DNA from: Minisyncoccia bacterium
GTDB taxonomy: Bacteria > Patescibacteriota > Minisyncoccia > Phycocordibacterales > UBA9973
Direction of reading: 5' to 3'
DNA: 64,000 bases
NCBI GenBank assembly: GCA_965656375.1
Contig: CBFHKH010000001.1
Coordinates: 217,319 to 281,318, forward strand
Part shown: one piece after another, positions 56,771-64,000 of the stretch
Layout of the letters: every line of letters starts with the position of its first letter
How positions within the stretch are numbered: the stretch's first letter is position 1
The notes under the pieces: model-generated
Told to the model about the DNA's origin: nothing
What the model saw: only the letters and a program-made list of their open reading frames with translations
Database searches by the model: none
Made by a program: the position numbers and the translations under genes

Positions 56771-57305
56771 TTGAATTTTCTATCTGGCCAATAACAAGGT
56801 CAAGTTCCTTTTTTACTTGTGCATAATTTGGCAAAAGATCTATAGCGGTTACGCCCATGTATGAAAGCGCCTGAAATGTTGGTCGGTAGAGCATACGTCT
56901 ACTATCTTTCTTATCAACTACTTTTTCGACAAGTCCTCGAACAAGTAAATTGCGGATAATGAAACTAGAATTCACTCCCCTAATATAATCAACTTCACTT
57001 CGAGAGACGCCATTCTTATAGAGGATAATTGACAATGTTTCAAGCGATGCCTTTGAAAGCTCTTTTGTGATCTCTTCTTTTCGAATTGACTCGATCAGTG
57101 GACCAAGTTCACCAGTGATTCCAAGCACAACTGCATCATCTTTTCTAACAAGTACAAGTCCACGACCTACAAGTGATTGCTCGAGTTTTATTAACGCATT
57201 CTCTACCTCTTCAACGGTCACTTTTAAAAGTTCAGCAAGTTTTACTAGAGATACTTCTTCTCCTTTGTAAAAAAGGAATCCTTCAATTTTTGATTCTAAT
57301 TCCAT
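56763..57305 (-). CDS. scpB: segregation and condensation protein B
   Basis: Tandem wHTH. N-terminal EGFLFYKGEEVSL. Confidence 0.8.
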   Translation of the reverse strand: MELESKIEGFLFYKGEEVSLVKLAELLKVTVEEVENALIKLEQSLVGRGLVLVRKDDAVVLGITGELGPLIESIRKEEITKELSKASLETLSIILYKNGVSRSEVDYIRGVNSSFIIRNLLVRGLVEKVVDKKDSRRMLYRPTFQALSYMGVTAIDLLPNYAQVKKELDLVIGQIENSND

Positions 57306-57312
57306 ATTCTTT

Positions 57313-58083
57313 CTATATTGTAGTTACTATTTTTTCTTGCTTCTTCATTTCTATATCACCAAACGAAGCGCTTTGGATAACATCAATGATGCCTTCACGG
57401 ACTAATTCTAGCATAGCAAGGAACGAAACGATAACTGTGACTTTTATTTCTTCTTTCGTCTCCCCACCTTGTCCTTTTGAAAATTCTTTGAATGAAAGGT
57501 TGAGTGCACCTTGGATTCGATCGGTAAGATTAGTAATCATCTCATCAATGTTAATGACTTTTCGTACTTCTACTTCTGGTAACATTTCTTTCTTTTTTGG
57601 CAGATTGGTCAGAACATCTAAAATAGATGAACTCATTGTGGAGACTGTTATAGAAGGATCGGGTGAAAAAATTGGGTCTGACCACACACGTTCACTTGGC
57701 TGAAATAGTATGTGAGTTCCAAAATTATTTTTTATATCTACGCTTGCATTTTTAATGATCTGATAGAGTTTTAATCGCTTTTCAAGATCAGTAATATTTG
57801 CTTCTTCATCCTCTGTCAGTGTAAGGCTCGGCAAGAGAGATTTTGATTTGATCAATATAAGCGTTGCAGCAATCAAAATAAAATATGATACGTCGGCAAT
57901 ACGTTTTGTATTGTCCATATTTTCAAATGACTTTATATATCCGATGTAGTCATTCGTTACTTCCGCAAGCGAGATTTCATTTACAAAAAGTTTGCGCTCC
58001 TCGATAAGCGAAAGCAAAAGCTCAAGTGGTCCCTCAAATGAGCTTGTTTTTACTTTGTAACCAACTGCCTCGCTATCTACCAT
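57313..58083 (-). CDS. scpA: segregation and condensation protein A (kleisin)
   Basis: N-terminal FEGPLELLLSLIEERK. Confidence 0.8.
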   Translation of the reverse strand: MVDSEAVGYKVKTSSFEGPLELLLSLIEERKLFVNEISLAEVTNDYIGYIKSFENMDNTKRIADVSYFILIAATLILIKSKSLLPSLTLTEDEEANITDLEKRLKLYQIIKNASVDIKNNFGTHILFQPSERVWSDPIFSPDPSITVSTMSSSILDVLTNLPKKKEMLPEVEVRKVINIDEMITNLTDRIQGALNLSFKEFSKGQGGETKEEIKVTVIVSFLAMLELVREGIIDVIQSASFGDIEMKKQEKIVTTI

Positions 58084-58203
58084 TGGTTCATTCTAGCTAA
58101 TTTAAACTTAAAAATAAAGATAGTGGTGTCTTGCATATTTGCATAATACTGGTACAATTTTGCTTAAGTTCATACTTTTACAATCACCATTAAAACTACT
58201 ATT

Positions 58204-58758
58204 ATGTACACGTTAATAAATTTCAACCATCTCGTTGATAATGATCTTGCTCTTTTGTTCGAAAAAGGAAACGATCTTGCATTCAACACTATTTTTGCAC
58301 GATACAATGAGTTTCTTACGTTATATATTATGAAATTTTGTTCTTGCAACAAAGAAACAGCGGAAGATCTTGCACAAGAGACGTTTTTAAAGACATCTTG
58401 TGCGCTGCGTAAAGGCCAATACCGAGGAGAGAATTTTAAAGGTTGGCTGTTTACCATCGCAAAAAATACAACTTCTCGATATTTTAGTAAGTTAAAATTG
58501 AAACTTACGCTAAGAAGTGATTTTAGCAATACTGAGTACCCATGCTTTAGTACTCCAGAGGTTATTTTTCTGGAAAAAGAAAAGTTCGAACTGTTGTACA
58601 GAGATATTGATTCTTTACCAAAAGATAATAGTAAATTATTGAGATTGCGTTTAGAAAATTTTTCATTCGTACAGATCAAAAAAATGACAGGCATGAATGA
58701 AAACACAATTAAAGCTATCATTTACAGATTTGCAGATAGATATAAAATAGCAAACTAA
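58204..58758 (+). CDS. RNA polymerase sigma-70 family (ECF-like) sigma factor
   Basis: Region 2 (ETFLKTSCALRKGQY...GWLFTIAKN) and region 4. Confidence 0.7.
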   Translation: MYTLINFNHLVDNDLALLFEKGNDLAFNTIFARYNEFLTLYIMKFCSCNKETAEDLAQETFLKTSCALRKGQYRGENFKGWLFTIAKNTTSRYFSKLKLKLTLRSDFSNTEYPCFSTPEVIFLEKEKFELLYRDIDSLPKDNSKLLRLRLENFSFVQIKKMTGMNENTIKAIIYRFADRYKIAN

Positions 58759-58775
58759 CACTGCATAAAATTTTT

Positions 58776-58806
58776 AAAAAGCTGAAGAAATTTCTTCAGC
58801 TTTTTA
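58776..58806. terminator. bidirectional intrinsic terminator
   Basis: AAAAAGCTGAAGAAA/TTTCTTCAGCTTTTT perfect palindrome. Overlaps the HIT gene stop. Confidence 0.65.
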
Positions 58807-59248
58807 TCTTATCTCTAATTTTTGCAAGCCATGCATCATCAGCTCTTTCATAATCGTGTGAAGAAATGTACCCTTCGTATATATCGAAAAATTTATGAGG
58901 CTTACCTACGCGCTCTTTCCATTCTTCATCTTTGGTTCCATGCATTGGGAATAGCTTTGCATGTACATGATTTACACCAAACCCTTCAAAAATCATCCCG
59001 GTCCGGCCAACATCCTCGAGTTTTTCATCAAGCAACTTTCCAACACTTTTAGCTGCGATGACTAAGTTTACAAGAATTGTATCTGGCAGATTAAAAGCAT
59101 AGCTATCGTAATGTTCCTTTGTAATTACAACAGTAAATCCCTCTGTATTAGGAAAAATTGATAAAAACGCAAGGTGCTTTTCGTCTTCCCATATCTTGTA
59201 GGAAGGAGCCTCCCCGTTTATGATTTTACAAAAAATACAGTCGTCCAT
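58796..59248 (-). CDS. HIT family protein
   Basis: N-terminal CIFCKII and histidine triad-like GVNHVHAKLFPMH. Confidence 0.7.
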   Translation of the reverse strand: MDDCIFCKIINGEAPSYKIWEDEKHLAFLSIFPNTEGFTVVITKEHYDSYAFNLPDTILVNLVIAAKSVGKLLDEKLEDVGRTGMIFEGFGVNHVHAKLFPMHGTKDEEWKERVGKPHKFFDIYEGYISSHDYERADDAWLAKIRDKIKS

Positions 59249-59251
59249 TGT

Positions 59252-60601
59252 TTAGTATCCTTCTTCTGTTAATCGTTCATCGATTCTGTTCATGTCTCGC
59301 GGGAACATGCACGCTTCCCGAATATTCTTAAGTCCGAGGAGTTGCATTGTCATACGTTCTGCACCAAATGCAAAGCCACCTTCTGGCGGTACTCCATACT
59401 TGAAGGCTTCTAGGAACATTTTGATCTTATTTGGGTCCATATTCCACTCATGTACATGCTTTTCTAACTGTTCATACTCATTGATTCGTCTGCCGCCGGA
59501 GAGCCATTCCACACCACGACAGATCAGGTCCATACCTTCATTTGTTTCTGGATGTTCAGGATTTGGATACACATAAAAAGGTTTCTGTCTTGTTGGATAC
59601 CCATAAATAAAAACGAAATCAGAACCAGTTTCTTCTTTTATTATCTCACAAATCTCGCGCTCATCTTGAGGATTTGTATCCTTTTCTCCACGAACATCGC
59701 GTCCTGTTTTATCGAAGATTTTTTGCTGAACTTCTGTAAGCGTAAGCGTTGGAGTTTTATCTATCATTGTAGGGAGGGTCGCTCCAAGTAATGCGAGTTC
59801 ATTCTGATTTTTTGCTTCTACTTGTTTGAGGATATATCGCACAGTATTTTCTGCCATGTCACGAACATCCATCCATGAATCAATAAACGCCATTTCTGCA
59901 TCAAGAGATACAACCTCTGTAAGATGGCGAGTTGTAGACGACGGCTCAGCGCGAAATACCTTGTTAACTGAGAAGCATCGTTCAAACGCAGACATTACTA
60001 TTTGCTTGTACAATTGCGGTGATTGGGATAGATATGCTTTTTTGTCAAAATAGCCAACCTGGAATACCTCGGCACCTCCTTCAGCAGTTGCAGGAGTTAT
60101 TGATGGAGCTTGGAATTCAAAAAACATATTTTCCTTCATGAAGGTACGGAAAGAATCTATGATTGTCTCTTGTACTTTGAATACTGCTTGGACTTTTGAC
60201 TGACGCAATACGAGCGCTCTATTATCGAGCTCAGTTGTAAGTTCGAGATTATATCCGCTAAGAGACATATCGAATGGAAGTGCTGCTGCCTTTGCCAGAA
60301 CTTGAACGCCGGTTACTTCTAGCTCTACATCGCCATTAAGAACTCCGTGTTTGATATTTTTTTCTGGGCGTTTATTGACGATTCCATGGAGCTTCAGCAC
60401 CCATTCATTTCGAACTTCTTTTATTGCTTCTATCGCATCGCTGTGATTTGGCAAAACGACACATTGCACTTTGCCAGTCATATCGCGCATGTCCATGAAC
60501 ACCATTTTTCCTTGATCACGACGAACATCCACCCATCCGGCGATTACTATCTCTGTCCCGACATGTTCTTTTAAATCTTTTATATATATACGATTTGTCA
60601 T
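59252..60601 (-). CDS. aspS: class IIb aspartyl/asparaginyl-tRNA synthetase (449 aa; likely archaeal-type non-discriminating AspRS)
   Basis: N-terminal OB fold, motif 2 FRAEPSSTTRHLTEVVSLDAEMAF, motif 3 GFAFGAERM, C-terminal FPRD. Short length and gatB in the same window suggest the Asp-tRNA(Asn) route. Asp versus Asn specificity is not resolvable by eye. Confidence 0.6.
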   Translation of the reverse strand: MTNRIYIKDLKEHVGTEIVIAGWVDVRRDQGKMVFMDMRDMTGKVQCVVLPNHSDAIEAIKEVRNEWVLKLHGIVNKRPEKNIKHGVLNGDVELEVTGVQVLAKAAALPFDMSLSGYNLELTTELDNRALVLRQSKVQAVFKVQETIIDSFRTFMKENMFFEFQAPSITPATAEGGAEVFQVGYFDKKAYLSQSPQLYKQIVMSAFERCFSVNKVFRAEPSSTTRHLTEVVSLDAEMAFIDSWMDVRDMAENTVRYILKQVEAKNQNELALLGATLPTMIDKTPTLTLTEVQQKIFDKTGRDVRGEKDTNPQDEREICEIIKEETGSDFVFIYGYPTRQKPFYVYPNPEHPETNEGMDLICRGVEWLSGGRRINEYEQLEKHVHEWNMDPNKIKMFLEAFKYGVPPEGGFAFGAERMTMQLLGLKNIREACMFPRDMNRIDERLTEEGY

Positions 60602-60632
60602 ATGTGTTCTACTATATCACAGAATTATTCTA

Positions 60633-60905
60633 TTAATGGATATCCATCGTAATAACGAATTCATATGGGACTGAGACAATAAACGTGATCGCAACAAGGA
60701 GCCAGTAGAACGGGGTAAATGCATAATAAACAATTATGTCTTTGTGCTTCATTCCGAAATACCATTTTTGCACTATCATGTATAAGTTATTGAGCGGAAT
60801 GTATATTATGCCGAGTGTCACAGTCAACAACACACGAACAAATTTTACTGTTTTGATTATGACATACGCGACTATGATGATGAGAAGTATAAGGAGTATT
60901 TTCAT
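60633..60905 (-). CDS. small membrane protein (3 TM)
   Basis: 90-aa hydrophobic ORF. Confidence 0.4.
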   Translation of the reverse strand: MKILLILLIIIVAYVIIKTVKFVRVLLTVTLGIIYIPLNNLYMIVQKWYFGMKHKDIIVYYAFTPFYWLLVAITFIVSVPYEFVITMDIH

Positions 60906-60908
60906 AGA

Positions 60909-61880
60909 TTAGATAGTTACTCCGATAGCGTCCCGGATTGATTTCATTTTTTCTTCCATGATTAGTTTTCCTTTCATGCTACCTTCAGTTAATATGGATT
61001 TCACTAGTTCGGGATTGTTTACATACTTTTTTCTTTTCTCTCTCATCGGAGTAATGAGGTCTAGTATTTCTCTTAAAAGCATCTCTTTCGATTCCTTATA
61101 ACCGATGTTCCCTGATAGATATCGGGCCCGGAGTTCTTCGAGTTCGCTTCCACTCAAAAAAAGTTTGTGTAATGCAAAAATATTGCATGTATCGGGATCC
61201 TTTGGTTCATCGGGTGCTTTTGAATCAGTCACAATACTCATGACTGTCTTTTTTATTTCCTCATCAGTGCCGAAGAGCGGAATGGTATTACCGTAGCTTT
61301 TTGACATTTTCCTACCATCTGTACCAGGTACAATAGCAACATCTTTCTGAATAAGTGCTTCAGGAAGTTTGAATGTTTCGCCGTAAATATTATTGAACTT
61401 TTGCGCAGTGTCACGGGCATACTCAACGTGTTGTTTCTGATCAGCTCCAACAGGCACTACATCTGCATCATGGATCAAAATATCAGCTGCCATCAAAAGC
61501 GGATAATCAAAAAGTCCAACAGTGACTTCTTTTGCTTTCATATGTGCATCCTTATATGCAACGGCACGTTCAAGATATGCCATGGTTGTAATACAATTAA
61601 AATACCATGCGAGCTCTGTAACAAAGGGAAGATCCGATTGTTTGAAAATAATTACCTTTTCTGGATCAAGCCCACATGCGAGATAATCTATAGCTACTTC
61701 CATGGTATTTTTAGCTAATGTTTCCTTATTCTGTGTTGTAGTCAATGCATGGAGATCAACAATTATTACTCGACTGTCATATGTGTCCTGTAGATCAACG
61801 AATTGCTTGAGGGCTCCGAAGTAGTTGCCAATATGCAAGGTTCCTGAAGGTTGTATTCCTGAAACGAGTACTTTTTTCAT
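60909..61880 (-). CDS. trpS: tryptophanyl-tRNA synthetase
   Basis: SGIQPSGTLHIGNYFGA (HIGH) and KMSKS. Start at internal Met MKKVLVSG. The longest ORF starts at 61916. Confidence 0.85.
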   Translation of the reverse strand: MKKVLVSGIQPSGTLHIGNYFGALKQFVDLQDTYDSRVIIVDLHALTTTQNKETLAKNTMEVAIDYLACGLDPEKVIIFKQSDLPFVTELAWYFNCITTMAYLERAVAYKDAHMKAKEVTVGLFDYPLLMAADILIHDADVVPVGADQKQHVEYARDTAQKFNNIYGETFKLPEALIQKDVAIVPGTDGRKMSKSYGNTIPLFGTDEEIKKTVMSIVTDSKAPDEPKDPDTCNIFALHKLFLSGSELEELRARYLSGNIGYKESKEMLLREILDLITPMREKRKKYVNNPELVKSILTEGSMKGKLIMEEKMKSIRDAIGVTI

Positions 61881-61983
61881 ATTTACAATAATACCAAAAA
61901 AACGTTGGTTTTGCACATTTTACCCACATGCTTATCCGATAACCATGAATTTCTAGAATATACGAGTGTGCTACAATAGGCCC

Positions 61984-63402
61984 ATGGCAGAGAAAAATAT
62001 AGCTCAAAATATCAAGCAAAAATCAAACCTCCGGGTTCCTCCCCAGAGTGTAGATTCTGAAAAAGCCGTTCTCGGATCGATAATGTTACGTCCGGGAGCG
62101 ATTCATGAAATTAGTGACATCATTGGTCAGGATTCTTTTTACGTCTCAAAACATAGTGATATTTACAAAATAATGCTCGAACTCTCAAGCAAAGGTGAAC
62201 CTATCGATATCCTCTCTGTTACTCACAAGCTTAGCGATAAAGGACTACTCGATCATGTAGGCGGTAGTATGTATCTGAGCGATCTGACCAATGCAGTTCC
62301 ATCTTCGACAAATATCAAGCACTACGCTGATATTGTGGCAAAAAAACATATCCTTCGAAAAATTATTGAAGCTGGAGTTGATATTTCCGAACTTGGCTTT
62401 CGAGAAGAAATTGAAGATGTTTTTGAAATCCTAGACCAAGCTGAAAAACGTATGATGGGCATCAATAACAATACAAGCAGCCAGGCATTCTTGTCGCTCA
62501 AAGATAGCCTTCCGGAAGCATGGAATCGCCTCGAGAAACTACACGAAAGTAAGGGTGAGCTTCGCGGTGTACCGACAGGATTCCACGATCTTGATCAGTA
62601 TCTCTCCGGACTCCAGAAATCTGATCTCATCATTCTTGCTGCGCGACCTTCTATGGGTAAGACCACCCTCGCGCTCGACATTGCACGGCAGGCTGCAGGA
62701 AAACACAATATCCCAACTGCGATCTTTTCGCTTGAAATGAGTACGCAGCAACTTGTTGACAGACTTCTCGCTGCAGAATCCAAAGTTAATTCTTGGAGCC
62801 TTCGAACAGGAAACCTTACTGCTGAGACTGAATTTTCAAAGATTCGCGATTCGCTCGATCGACTCTCAAAAGCCCCTATCTATGTCGATGATATGGCCGG
62901 TAACTCTATCGTTCGCATGCGTTCAGTTTGTAGACGTATACGGGCTGAGCATGGACTTGGGTTAATCATCGTTGACTATTTGCAACTAATGTCTACCTCA
63001 AAGAACTACGACAGCATGGTCAACCAAGTTACAGAAATATCACGTTCCCTGAAAGCTCTTGCAAAGGAATTCGATGTTCCCGTGATTGCCCTCTCCCAGC
63101 TCTCTCGTGCAGTAGAATCCCGCGGAGGTAGACCGCGCCTTTCTGACCTTCGTGATTCAGGTTCTATTGAACAAGACGCAGATGTGGTCATGTTCTTGCA
63201 CCGAGAAGATAGGGGTAAAGATGAGAGCGAAAAAGACAATATTGTGGAAATTTTGATAGAAAAACACCGCAATGGTCCGGTTGGAAAAGTTACACTCTAC
63301 TTCGACGAAAAACTCACAACATTTATAAGTATAGAGAAAAGCAGCATGAATCAGTTCTCATCGACTCAAGCTGACAGCCTAAGCGGTATTGATGGATTTT
63401 AA
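61984..63402 (+). CDS. dnaB: replicative DNA helicase DnaB
   Basis: N-terminal DnaB domain (PPQSVDSEKAVLGSIM), Walker A AARPSMGKTTLAL, RecA-like core, no intein. The longest ORF starts at 61966. Confidence 0.9.
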   Translation: MAEKNIAQNIKQKSNLRVPPQSVDSEKAVLGSIMLRPGAIHEISDIIGQDSFYVSKHSDIYKIMLELSSKGEPIDILSVTHKLSDKGLLDHVGGSMYLSDLTNAVPSSTNIKHYADIVAKKHILRKIIEAGVDISELGFREEIEDVFEILDQAEKRMMGINNNTSSQAFLSLKDSLPEAWNRLEKLHESKGELRGVPTGFHDLDQYLSGLQKSDLIILAARPSMGKTTLALDIARQAAGKHNIPTAIFSLEMSTQQLVDRLLAAESKVNSWSLRTGNLTAETEFSKIRDSLDRLSKAPIYVDDMAGNSIVRMRSVCRRIRAEHGLGLIIVDYLQLMSTSKNYDSMVNQVTEISRSLKALAKEFDVPVIALSQLSRAVESRGGRPRLSDLRDSGSIEQDADVVMFLHREDRGKDESEKDNIVEILIEKHRNGPVGKVTLYFDEKLTTFISIEKSSMNQFSSTQADSLSGIDGF

Positions 63403-63416
63403 AGTATGAACCCTAT

Positions 63417-64000
63417 AGACAAACTTGCGCAGCAATTCAAAGAATTCCCGGGTATTGGCGAACGCCAAGCAAAGCGTTTTGTATATTTTTTGCTGCATAA
63501 AAATCCGAGCTATGTATCTGAACTCTCAAATGCAATTAATATTTTAAAAAATAGCATTCATCAGTGTCCCTCATGTTTCCTATTTTTTCAATCTGAGAAA
63601 AATACATTGTGCGAGAATTGTAGTAATCCCAAAACAGACAAAACTTCCCTTCTCATTGTAGAAAAAGATGCAGACTATGAAAGCATAAAGCGAAGTAAGA
63701 ATTACAGTGGTATGTATTTTATACTTGGCGGACTTGTGCCAATTGTTACAAAAGATACTCCAACATTCGTACGAACTAAAGAACTGATCAGATCAGTGGA
63801 GGAACGAGTCCAAAAAGAAGGATTAAAAGAAGTTATCATAGCATTGTCACTTAATCCTCAAGGCGAACATACAGATCTGTATCTCCGCGAGCTCCTCTCA
63901 CCTCTTCAAACAAAGTATTCTTTCAATATAGTTTCTCTTGGCCGTGGACTCTCAACCGGCACTGAACTTGAATACTCTGATTCAGAAACCATCAAGAACG
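63417..64000 (+). CDS. recR: recombination protein RecR (3' end beyond window)
   Basis: HhH N-terminus (FPGIGERQAKR), C4 zinc finger CPSCFLF...CENC, Toprim domain. No stop codon before the window end. Confidence 0.8.

Overview
This is a low-GC (about 38%) bacterial chromosomal window, densely packed with housekeeping genes and read with the standard genetic code. The small secreted or N-anchored hypothetical proteins and the small zinc-ribbon and basic proteins suggest a small-genome, possibly Patescibacteria-like organism. That assignment cannot be proven from sequence alone.

Identifiable content:
- A complete F1Fo ATP synthase operon (atpZ-B-E-F-H-A-G-D-C, minus strand).
- A glycolysis/pentose-phosphate cluster: fba, pfkB-type kinase, split transketolase, rpe, rpiB, gap.
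- gatB, three aminoacyl-tRNA synthetase genes (gltX, aspS-type, trpS), murG-ftsW-mraY, scpAB, dnaB, recR (partial), engB, prfA, rpmE and an L25/Ctc-type ribosomal protein.
- A DEAD-box helicase divergently paired with a cold-shock protein.
- Two ECF-type sigma factors and a PadR-PspC pair.
- An SOS operon (small ORF-lexA-PIF1/RecD-like helicase-ogt-dinB) whose promoter carries a perfect Cheo-type LexA box.
- Two tRNAs (Ile-GAT plus strand, Leu-TAA minus strand).
- No rRNA, no CRISPR array and no obvious transposase.

The non-coding sequence is the most interesting part:
- A structured RNA element is conserved immediately 3' of both tRNA genes. It has two covarying hairpins with conserved CTGC and GCTTTGC loops.
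- A second, about 130-nt repeat sits inside two operons (atpD/atpC and rpmE/prfA) and also shows a compensatory base change.
- The 10-mer CACACGCACA occurs at four loci tied to tRNA 3' ends.
- Several textbook TTGACA-N17-TATAAT promoters are present; one has no downstream CDS (a candidate sRNA).
- Several long perfect hairpins lie in 5' UTRs or between operon genes.
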